In this document: one piece after another, positions 49,854-61,042 of the stretch
Position numbering within the stretch: the stretch's first letter is position 1
Layout: the number at the start of each line of letters is the position of its first letter
Assembly (NCBI GenBank): GCA_003971905.1
Contig: RSEE01000048.1
Coordinates: 1-64,000, forward strand
Reading direction: 5' to 3'
Source of the DNA: Moniliella sp. 'wahieum'
Taxonomy: Eukaryota
Length of the DNA: 64,000 bases
The notes under the pieces: model-generated
The model's input: only the letters and a program-made list of their open reading frames with translations
Databases searched by the model: none
Told to the model about the DNA's origin: nothing
Position numbers and translations under genes: made by a program

Positions 49854-50999
49854 TCAGCCCTGTGTGGGGTAGGGGTAGGTGGGAAAAAATAGAAGTAGCG
49901 CTCAGGCGGGCAGACGAGAGAGGTGTAGTCTCCGCCTACTCAGAGGATAATGTGGGCTCAACCTGTTAATACGAGGACAAGGTCTACAGAGATAAGGAGA
50001 GAGAGGGAGGAGGTGATGGATCTATTCCAAGAGAGGAGCCCGTTAGGGCAGAACATAGAGTGAAATCGGATATAAACAGCGCGATGCGTGATGCGTGATC
50101 AGCTGCATGCATGATGGCGCTGACAGTACATCTTTGGTACGCACCTGCATTTCCCGTTTGTTATCGAGAAGTGATAGGTAAGCGGTAAGCGGTAAGCGCT
50201 AAGGGGTAGTATTAATAAACGGTAACCGACACCGTGCTAATGCATAACATGGCGCTAACGGCGGTACCTCCGCTAACCGCAACCCAAGACTAAAGTTTAT
50301 CGTAGCTGAGCAGCGCTGAACGAACCTGCTTTGTTAACGATTTGACGTAGCCGACTTAACTATATAGCCTAACTGGGAACCGTGACCGCGTGACCGCCGC
50401 GTAACGCATAACTGTGCTATCCCCAGTCGGGTGCCCTCGCGCGACGAACATGATTCCGCCTCTGGTCCACCCCTCCTTGTTTGCGCCTCCGGGCGGCCTC
50501 CTCTGATTGATCACCACCATTGTGACACCTGCCTTGCTCGCCTCCCACAATATACTGTAGCCCTAGTACAATCAAGAGGAAGGAATATGCCCAGAAGAAT
50601 GCCCTCAGGGAGCTCAGGGCTCAGGGCGCTCACATTAACCGCTCAGGCTGACCGCTAAAAGGGTATATCCAGTACATAGATCAGTATTCCATGCTAGTGC
50701 CTCAGGCCTCAGGTGCCTCTTCCTGTTCAAGGCAACGTATGACTGTGAGACATGTGACATCTGTGATCTGAACCTTCATTCAACGTTTCGTACGTGCATG
50801 CTAACAGCGTTGGATGTATCCGGAAACAGGAACAGGTAACCGGTAAGACCTAGGGCTGCGAGCCACAAACCGGTAAGGCCGCCATGGACGAAACGTGATC
50901 GATGATCTACTATTGTCTTGGTATCTAAGCTTGAGATAAAAGTTTGTCTTCAAAATTACCCGTATCCCACAACGCCACCAAACGCCACAAGACGTCAAA

Positions 51000-51570
51000 C
51001 GGTACGTGTCACATGTCACACATGTCACACGTTTTTCGCAAGTCACATGTGCATGAAGCTGAAGCTTGAAGCTAGCTTGAAGCTTGAAGCTAGCTTGAAG
51101 CTTGAGAGCTTGAAGCTTGAAGCGCTGGGTGACTAGGTGACTAGTGAAGCTAGTGACAGCTGTGACTAGTGGACTACGGTGACTGGTATGATGTTTGGTG
51201 ACACGGTGACACGCTGGTGACTAGGTGACTAGGTGACTAGGTGACTAGGTTAGTGTGACTGACTGACTCTACCTGTGGCATGTGAAGCTAGCATGTGAAG
51301 CTTGAAGCGATAATCGATAATTAATCGTTGTGACGCGTGACGTGCATGGCACGCGGATGATGATGGTCGATGATCGATGATCGATGACGCGATGACGCGA
51401 GACGCTTGACGCGCGTGACGCGTGACGTAGAGACGCCTTTGCCATCATCGACATTTGGCCTCAGGCGGGCCTCGGCTGCGCACTGTGGGAAGCGGGCACA
51501 CAGGCTCTCTCGCTGCTTCCCACTCTTCCTATCCTCTCTCCTGTGCCATGATGCATGATGCATGACCACC
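51000..51570. repeat. Dense array of 7-8 nt tandem repeats (TCACATG, TGAAGCT, GGTGACTA, TGATCGA, TGACGCG, TGATGCA)
   Basis: Read directly; densest example of a pattern seen in many intergenic regions. Confidence 0.9.
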
Positions 51571-53845
51571 ACATGACTTGCTCTACGCTCCACGCAATCC
51601 TTCCTTGAGGCCGTTGAATATATATTGAGACCTTACCGTCGCGGTTATACCGACCGGCGTTACCAGGTATTATACCCGTTACCACTCAGCGCCTGATGTT
51701 GTACTCAAGATATTGGTGGCTCATAGAATGTTGCTGTTGTAGCATGTGGGGTGTAGAAAAGCGGAAAGCAGACAGTTGGTGCCAGTATATTGCATTGAAC
51801 ATGAGCAACAGAGGCTAGAGAATATAATATTCCTGCTCTCCACAGGATGGAATATGCACCGGAAGGAAGGGCCCTTTGGGGCTACCGGCTACCGCACGAA
51901 GACACCGGTGTGGCGCCACAAGTGGAAGGAGAAGAGAAATGATTGATGACATATGACAACGGTTGACCAGGGTCCTATGGGCCAGCCACCTCCGCGGCAC
52001 TCCTGACCATCTTACTCATCCGGGCACCACACCAGTATCCCTATCCCCTGGCCTAGTGCCGCTCTCCTTTCTTCTCCTTCTTCTCCTTCTTCTTCTGATC
52101 CTCAGTCTGGGTTCAACCCAGCTCCTGTCTTCTCTCTGCCATTGCATAACTGCACTTAGGACGTCGCTGGGTAACCAGGATCATTAACAACTGTATATAC
52201 ATACAGGATAGCTGTGCGCCTCGGGCTCTTGTTGCTTCATTAACATTGCCCTGATGACGCGACGTGGGCCGGGCCGGTCGGAGGCGACGATCCAGATTTG
52301 AGGTTTGGAGGCGGCTTCCTTGGCGGCTGTGGGCGCTGCCCGGACTGGCGTGCACAGACGCCACCCACTACCCTGCACTACCCACAGCTGTTGCGCATCT
52401 GTTTGTTCCCCGCCCGAAGCAGCACCGATATCACATGATCACATGCGTCACCCGGCACACGCGTGGTGCATTGTTTGCCACACGCGATAGCAGACTGTAA
52501 TCTGCTCTTGCCCCGCACCCTGCTCGTGCCCTGCTGGTTTCCCTTGCCGTAGGATCCGCGGGATGCTGAAGCCGGATATGGATACGCGTTCTTCAGGCTG
52601 AGCGATGAGCTTCTGAGCGCTATATGCGGACGCTGAGCCGCTCAGGCTGAGCTCGATGTTAGGTGCCGGTGATGAGCGCTGGGCACCCCGGTGGGAGGGC
52701 CGGCACCGGCAGGCAATGGCAAACGTCACTTCAAGCCCTGGTCAGTGCATCAGCGCTGAGGCTCAGCGCTCACCCCCTGCCAGCCCCATGTGAACTCCAC
52801 CTGCTTCCACCGGCCACTGTCGACTCCACCGCCGGACTCCGAGTTCAACCATTCAAGCTTCAAGCTTCAAGCTTCAAGTATCCACCGTCTCTGATCGATT
52901 TGAACACCGATCGTTGCACCCTGTTGTACTTCGGAGCCACCGTCTTGCTGTTACAATCCAAGGGTCCAAATGGAATCCAAGACCATTAACCGGTAGCCAT
53001 TGCTCATCGATCATCGATCGGGCACCGAGTCCTCAGGTTTCAAGCTCCTCAAGATGCAAGATGCAAGAAGCTGGAAGCTGGAAGAGGCATTCTGCATCCG
53101 CTGGCTCAGCTTGGGAGCAGCCCGGTTGGGGGACCGGTTTTACTCTGCACATTTATCCAGATCATTATCATTGGTCACTGGTCATCATGCATCAGTACAT
53201 CGGTACCCAGAGCTTCAGCACACAGCCACTCAGCGCCATCAGCCACCGTGGCTAGTGGCTGGCCATCGATTGGCCTTGGCCATTGAATTATTGACATGCA
53301 GATATGAATACAGAGGAGTGCTTTACGTTCGTATTTTGTTACAACGTTTTTAACGGCGCGCGATGAGCGCGATGCTCGATGATCCATGATCCATGATGCA
53401 TGATGCATGGTGCATGGCGCACGATGCATGCTCGATGGGTTGATGCATGATGAGCCGATGAACGCTCAGACTGAGCGCCGGGCCTCAGCGCCCTCAGCGC
53501 TTAGTGCTAGTGGGTAGTCGACTGATGCATGATGCATGATGCATGATGGCAAACCATCAATATTCTATCCCCGGTCTCTGGTCCACACGGTGCAGAGTGG
53601 CTAGTGGAGTGCGGACCACATTGGTTTCGCCTGGCTCACATCAACGTACCATCAACCCTGTCTTGACCCTATACCTGTTTTTCCTTCCCTTCTTCCTGTC
53701 TTATACCAAGCCTTGCTGTCACGCGTCATGTGACACACGTCATCTTCTCCCCCTGGCTCCGACTTTCTCACCGGTCTCCCCTGTCGGTTGTGCCTCACCC
53801 AACCTGCTGTGGCCGCACCGCCCCATCTTTCCCTTCTCGACCACC

Positions 53846-55422
53846 ATGATCCCGAGCTGGAGTCCCAGCTTCCAGAACACTACGGGTGCGGATTTCCCCC
53901 ACCGATAATGGGCCCAGCGGCTTCTGCACCGCTTCCGCTTCAGCCGCTGCCGCCCTCTCGGACGGTGCCGATGGCCATGCCCGCAGCGATGCCCAGCAGT
54001 GAGCTGTCAAGTCTCTCTCCAAGTCTTGTTTTAGCACCCGCCGACTCCAGCGATCCAACCCCTGCAGCACCCCTGCCAGCATGCCAGCCTCTGCCCCCTC
54101 CTCCAGATCCATTGGTTTTGAAGAGCCCCACTCAGCCCCGCTTGTCAAGTACGACCACCCTTTCCTTCCTCTTGCTCCCTCTCTCGAGCTCCGCAGCGCC
54201 TCCTACGACTACTTCAAGCAATTTCTTGGGATCAACCAACCCGTCGCCAATTCGGTCCCCGTACCGTCTCTGTCGCAGATGGCGCCTCCATCTCTGGCGC
54301 CATATGCTTCCGCGCCAACGGAGACACACCCTCATGCTCGCCCCCGACATGTCTCCCCAACACTGCCTACTCGCACCTACGCACACCCGCAAGTCAAGAT
54401 CGAACTTGTTGCAACGCCCGAATCCTTGGACCGATTCACGTTTCACTTTGACCCTACTGGGGCTGAGTTTGTACCGATGCCGCTGGCCGCGGCACCTGTC
54501 CCCTTGTCACCATCGCGAGACCAGTACGAGAGCCAACTGCGCCCTCATGTACCCCAACATACGGCGCTCCATTCCTCGTTACACACCTCACCAAGGAGCG
54601 TGCAGAGCGCCCTGGGTGCCCCCAGCCTACTGAATGGCAGCAGCAGCGTCCCTAGTTCGGGGATTGACGACTCGCCGTTGCTGTCGATCAAGATTTCTCC
54701 GCGTGAACATCGTAAGTCCATCTCTACAAGCCCTACCACTCTCACGCCCAGTCCTGGGGAGTCAGAGGGACCCATGTTTCCTCCTCTTCGCTCTCTCGGA
54801 CCGGTTCGGTCTCCCTTTCCTCCGACAGCTCCTCTGTGGTCGAAGGCGACCTTCTAGCCCGGCCAATTCAGAACCTGCAAGTGACCACTGCCAAGACCAA
54901 AGCCGCATCGGTGTCACGGCGCAAGAGCGCTGCCCCCTTCAAGTGTCCCGTGCCCGGCTGCGAATCCTCTTTTACCCGTGCCCTCAATTTACGTGGTCAC
55001 CTACGCTCCCACACAGACGAGCGACCCTACGCATGCCGGTTTTGCGAACGCAGCTTGCCCGTGCCCACGATAAACGACGGCACGAAAAGTTGCACCTTAA
55101 TATTCGTCCGCACATGTGCCACCTCTGTGGTAAGGTCTTTGCTCGTCTCGATGCCTTGCATCGGCACCAATCGCCCGAAGGCGATCCTTGTCCCTGTCTG
55201 CCCAGTCTCAGCTTGCAAGACCAACTTGCCCTCCACAACTCCCATAACACTCACCCTATCTTGTCCTCTGTTCCTAATCGGCATGTGTACCACCCTTACT
55301 CGCTCCCGGGATCCTCAACCGCCCCCGCAGCACATTCGCAAACCCCCAGTCAAGACCCATCGTTCGCCAGTCCGGCAGCCTTCAACCCGGACCCCACTCG
55401 CTTCCGTGGTCACATCTTGTAA
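53846..55422 (+). CDS. C2H2 zinc-finger transcription factor, Crz1-like finger array
   Basis: FKCPVPGCESSFTRALNLRGHLRSHTDERPYACRFC...ARAHDKRRHEKLHLNIRPHMCHLCGKVFARLDALHRH; S/P-rich N-terminus; frameshifts; start approximate. Confidence 0.88.
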
Positions 55423-56149
55423 CAGCCCCTGAAGGTTCTGTTCTTTAGTACTCCTGCTTTCGCACTTGCATTTTGTTTATGCTCTTTGTGCTCTTGCTCC
55501 AGTTTCTGCCCCTATACTTCTGCACTTGTTTCTGCTGCTGCCTCTGCTCTCTCGCCTCTACTTTCGCCTCTGCCACGCTCCTCCGCACCTACACCGCCTG
55601 TTGCGCCTGACCTGACCTTGCCTCGTCTCATCTCGCCCTCACTCTCGCCCACCTTCCGTGTTTGAGAGTTCAGTTGTCTGCAAATCACGCCCTCGCACCG
55701 TGGGCCTGGGGACGAAGAGAAAGTGAAAGATGAGAAAGAGGGCAAGGAACGGCTACACACACACAAAGGCGCACTGAGGTCATTTCTGTCGACCGAGCCC
55801 GTTTCGACTTGATGTCTGTTTTTGTCTGTCCGCACCCAGCAACATTAATACTTATTGCTCCATCCATCGTTTTTCCAGATGCTGCAGGATAGTAACTTGA
55901 TAATGGAACATAGTGTATGGGTTAGGCGGGAGACCCCGCAGGAAGGGGGGGTTGCGGATCACCAAGACGAAGCGGGGGAAACAAGCCTCGAACACCTATT
56001 TACGCCACTTACCCTGTATATATGAGTTCAGGCTGAGATCCAATTGCTCGTTCACAGTAATGATACGTGGCAACTACACAGACAGGAGACGAGAACGGTC
56101 TATGGCAGAAAGAAAAGCATCAGGGCCCAACACGAGAAGGCGTCGTGCG

Positions 56150-57239
56150 TCAAGGGAGACAGCGATTTATACAAATTGAGTAGTCCAGAGAGCACGATTT
56201 AAATGGTGCAAGAGCAGCTGGGAGGAGATTGAAAGGGGGACGGACTAGTACCGAGCCACACTTATCAGTGTTAGCAAATCCTAATCTACCAGGGGAGTTG
56301 TACGAGGCCGTGCGGGAGCCAACCCTCATTAACACCAACATCATTGGCGCGGTTCGGGCCACGGGTAGTAGGGGCAAGGGAGGAGTCGCCGGCAGCGGGG
56401 AGGGAGGAGCCTGTGCGGGTGTCAGGGATACAGGGAGGCTGTCGAAATGGACGGGCAACTCAGTGGCATATGCCCCTGCCACCATTTCGTCCCAAGACAG
56501 CCGCAAAGGAGTCGTTTTGGTTAGCTCGAATGAGGATGTGGGGCCATATCTCGTCAGAGTTGGGGAAAACGGCATTGAACACAGGCCGCGTAGATCCTCA
56601 ATAGGAGCAGTGACGGGGCTTGGAGCCTGCGCAACGCGGTAGGTGTTCTGGGCGTGGAATCGGGCTTTGAAACCGTCGGGGGGGGGGGGAGGGGTCACGG
56701 CGGCAAAGGCTTTGGTCATCATTTTGTACGTGGCCGAGGCGAGGGTGGGGTGTTGCGCCGGGCGCTGCGGGCAGGACCGTCGGAGGGGAGGCCAGCATCC
56801 ACAATGTCCCAAAGAGCGAGGTCCAGTTTGGGCGTCGTACTCGGCGGCAGCAGGATCATTGAGACACGGGTGTTTGGCACGATGGTGGCGATGTCATATT
56901 CGGTACGATGGAGTCAGTCACGGACGGCCCACTTGTAGGCCTTGCGCGACAATCGCTCAGTTCCGCGGTCGCGGCAGACAGTGCGTATGGAAGACCAGAT
57001 GTCTAAGGAGATAGATTAAGGAGTAGGTGCAGGCTCGGGCGCGGCATCGGGCTCGTGTTCGAGCGACGGTTCGGGTGTGGGAGCAGGCGCGCAGGCTTCG
57101 GCCACCAAGATGTAGCTAGGGAAGTAGGGCCTGGATGGTGACGGCGCGGCAATGGATTGCACGTCGGGTTAAGGGGCGGGGAAGGGGGATGTGACCATGG
57201 GGGGGGTGGGGGGGGGGGGGGGGGCGATCCTTGAGGCAC
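56150..57239 (-). CDS. Hypothetical Pro-rich protein or decayed ORF
   Basis: ORFs 57003..57239 and 56150..56812 with coding-like sequence between them; no recognisable domain. Confidence 0.3.
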
Positions 57240-57482
57240 CGTGGTCGGAGGGCGGTGGGGTCAACGAAGAGTCGTTGTCCTAGGGGATGTCGTCCATCTC
57301 GGGCCGGCCGCGTTGGGTTTAACGGCGCGGTGGTTGGACATGGGGTGGGAGGGGTGGGGGGTACTAGGACAGAGAGAGATGTCGAACAAGATGGGGTGGA
57401 TGGGTGGGCTAAAAAGCCAGGAAGGCTGAGTGGGATCAAATCTAACTGGAGTTGGAGATGGGGGAAAGGATGAGGATCATAT

Positions 57483-57655
57483 TCATCGAGTGGAAAGTGG
57501 GCGAGGATTATGCCTCGAAGAAGAAGAAAACATGTGAGCAACTCACACAGAGGAAGAAGGGGAGCATAACCAAAGGGGGAAAACAGGGTCTAGAACAAAT
57601 CCGGGACCAGTCAACTTGGTGATGAAATGGTGATCAAGTGAGTCTGGTCCCGACA
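57483..57655 (+). repeat. Copy B of the diverged ~175 bp direct repeat
   Basis: Same collinear blocks as 47691-47868. Confidence 0.85.
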
Positions 57656-58019
57656 CTCAAGCTTCTCTTGTCCTCCATCCGGGACACCCATGTTTTTGTC
57701 GATTATATACAGCTGTGGTTTTTGTGGACGATGAAGATGAAACAGGGCTGCGGGGAAGACTAGGCGTCGAGTGGTGGAGCCAGGACCGTTTGAACAACCA
57801 AAGATGGAGAGGTGGAACAGGAACTGTGGAGTAACTCAGGTATAGTAAAGGATATGCTAAAAAAGTTTTGCGTAACGAAAGCTGGTGCGTGAGGAGACGA
57901 CAACCTCGATCTCTTTCGAGCGCTTGTGGACGAGCCTGGAGTTTATATTACAGGGTAGGGGAGAAAGCGCAACATGGTAAGAATGCCAAATACCAGGGAA
58001 GCAACACGTAAGACCCGTT

Positions 58020-59960
58020 CAAATGTATATGTGAAGCTTGAATACGCTTGACGGTCGGCCGTAGTACGAATCTTACAGCGTTACGACGGTCTCGGTGAGA
58101 AGTCAGGCTCGAAGAAGAGAGGGACCGGATTCGAAAAGGCCGTGGTCCTGGGTACTTGTTTGGGTGGGACATCATTATGTGTGTCATGGTGATTGCCGCC
58201 AGCATGGCTTCTCCGGACAAAGGGTGGTCCAGCTGACAAAACAAACTTTGGATGGCATTACTCTTACACAGTAGGGAGGGGCAAGATGGTAGTCGGTATG
58301 CTAGCCAACACTGATGTTTTCATTCTCTGTGTGCCTAGTATAGTTTTCAACGGACCTTTTGTTGGGAAAATGAGGACGGGGCGATTGTAAAGACTGTTAG
58401 TTTGACATGCTCATGAGCGCATGATCCCGCCCCTTCTACTGGGAGGATGCAGCGACTACTGTTAGGTGCGCCTCACGCCCGGGCCGCTACTACAATGTGG
58501 CCACAACGACTACCTTATTACCACTTTCGTTCCCCCCCTTGGCTGGTACACGCTGGCATGCGAGAGTTTAAAAGACGAAGCACCAGCGCTAGTATAGGGA
58601 GATGTGGGAGTGGGGAATGGGCAGGAGCTATGCTCAAGAATCTCAACGAGGCGGATGGCCAGATGTCTGGATTATTTTGAGAGATGATGGTGGGGCAAGA
58701 GCTTTCGGAGAACGGAGGACTATAGGGATGGAGGTGGACCTCATTCTCAAAGGACTTGAATACAAATGATGTCAGGGTCGAGTGCCGGAAGATGGTAACA
58801 CGAGAGAGGATACGACAACACCTGCGGGACGCCGGGAGAAAGAGAGTAGCATCGACGGCAAGCGGAATGCGAGAAGAGCGCGCCAAAAAAGCACCAAGGA
58901 CTCTACACCTACTGAAGAGCCGTTTTTCATTCTATATCTTAACCCAATAGATATGGTCATATGATGAGGAGACACACATTATCAACGTTGCACCAACACG
59001 GTACTACCCGCACCAAGACGGTCAAGATAAGATGTTTGAGAGCACTGTTAGAGCGTCTCGCTGAAGTGTCTGTGGTATCAAGCTCTCATCTCTCGCTCAC
59101 ACATACGTTTCTCAGTTAATATATATACCATCCTCGGTCATACCGTATCCACGCACGCATTATGCTGGTCGCCGTGTGGTTGAGCACAGCAACCCGCTGA
59201 GCCACACTTGGCTCTCCTCCATTCCATCCGCCCCGTTCCTCCGGTTCTATGACAAGCAGGTGCAGGTTGATCTCCAGCTCCGCACGCTGTGCCGCTCCAC
59301 GCGCAGCATGTGCAAGTGAGGTGTCATGTCCCCGCTAGAGCACATCATGGCTTGCACCCGCACCCAGGCCAAGTTGGGACGTTTTGCATATGGGGCGATG
59401 TGGGAGCCTATTCTCCAGCTCGTGCGCTCTATCTCTGACACCCACGTCCACAACGAACCTACTGTGGAGGAAGAGGATGGGTCAAGACGCGGGAGGAGGG
59501 CACTGCCACCGACTACCGCCTGATGGGGCCTGGAGCAATCGGAGGATCACTGGGAATGGAGGTGGACCACACGCTGCGCGACACGGGAACACAGGAGGCG
59601 CAGATCCCGGACCGTAGGGTGGTGCATGAGAGCATCGCGACGTCTTTTGGAACACCGGGAGAAGGAGATGCTTCGGCTGCTGGAACAAGCAGAATGCGAC
59701 AAGAACGCCAAGTACTGGCAGGGACGCACTCAAGAGCCGTTTTCCCCCAGTGGTCTTGACTACGCGAGGATACTATGGCACCAAGACAGCGGGCAAGATG
59801 CTGCGCACTGGAAGGATTTGACTACTGACATTCAATGGAAATGGTGGCTCTCTCGCTCGGATGTCTACCACGTTCATCCGTCGGTGTCCACACGTGCTAC
59901 AGGGTATGGGAACGGATGGCGGGCACCAGCGGGTCCTGATATCCTGGCGATTCCCTAGTT
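58020..59960 (+). mobile_element. Decayed non-LTR retrotransposon, CRE/Cnl1-like (RT plus C-terminal restriction-like endonuclease)
   Basis: Ordered degenerate motifs across frames: EA-NTLD-SAVVRILQRY (~58033), GIRKGRGPGYLF (~58127), MLANTDVFIL (~58300), LLGAP (~58460), C-K-*-G...LEHIMAC (~59310), NEP (~59452), NRRITG (~59537), DKNAKY...FSPVVLTTRG (~59700-59770); stops and catalytic substitutions present. Confidence 0.5.
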
Positions 59961-61042
59961 CCTTGTTAACAGGGGTGGCGCTACCAAGCAATACACGCAA
60001 TATATGAATGGGTCGGTTTAGGCGTACTAGCGTCTCTCCCGTCCCAGCCTTAAGCTCTCTGTCAATAATATGGATGCAGTATAGCTTAGAATACGTCTCC
60101 GGAGTTTGGAGGCGAATGGGGAAGAGTCCCTTGTTGGCGTGATTGCAAATTACGCTGACACGCCAGCTTTTCGTACTAATAACTCCTTCCTGTTTCGTCT
60201 TCCACGCCCCTGACCTGCGGGCGAAACCATTGAGCTCCTGGTTTGGTTGGCTCGAGCGAGTAACACACACGGGATGAGCGGTCCCGGTAGGCGGAGAGCG
60301 TTTCCTTGTACCTGTCTTCATAATTTGCAAAGAATGGTATAATGTCCCGTGTAACACACTGCACAGGCATTGATGCCTTTTTGAGGACGTGGCGATGTGT
60401 GAATCACAATCGTTATATGGTCGCGAGCATCGATTGCGATTGCAGGTGGCAGAGGGATCATCGATCACCGATGATCGGTCGATGATCGGTGGTTGAACAT
60501 TGAACATTTGCATTTGGAAGCTGGAATAGTCGATCATCGATCATCAATCATCATTAATCGCTGGAATCACGCATCAATGTTCAATGTTCAATGTTCAATA
60601 CTTAATGAATTCGTTCAGCTTCAGCGCACGCACTTTGCTGGCTCAGCTGAGCACACCCAGGGGCCTGAAGTTCAGGCTTGAAGGCCGGCCTCACGCTCAG
60701 TCCTCAGACTGAGGTCTCGCCCCCACCTTGGTGAGTGCGGCGGACACGTTAACATGGCTGAGCCTCACCCCTCAGTGTGTCAGCTGACACGCTTGGCTGA
60801 CATTGCCGGGCCACAACCAGTACTCAGCAAGCTGAGCACCAGATCACAGGGTGCCGCCCAGCCGGAGCGCTGAGGCTCAGCTGCTCCTTCATTTCGACAT
60901 CCTCCCTCTTGACAGTTGAGACTTTAGTGCGTGAGCTTCTTCAAAAGGCTATAAGCAACAGCAGTGCCTCAGCCTTATTCTTTCCAATTGTCCATCTTCG
61001 TCTCCTTCGCCTTCTGCAGCTCTCCACCACCACCATCCAATC

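Noticed and set aside
45410..52880. (TCAAGCT)n and (TGAAGCT)n arrays as terminal inverted repeats of a DNA transposon
   Set aside because: Similarity is confined to the simple repeat; no extended inverted repeat, target-site duplication or transposase seen
10698..55422. Cell-wall integrity gene cluster (RhoGAP, FKS1, Crz1-like)
   Set aside because: Genes are far apart and interleaved with unrelated housekeeping genes; chance adjacency is sufficient
59773..60537. 254-aa minus-strand ORF
   Set aside because: Starts within heptamer repeats and overlaps the retroelement relic; no recognisable domain
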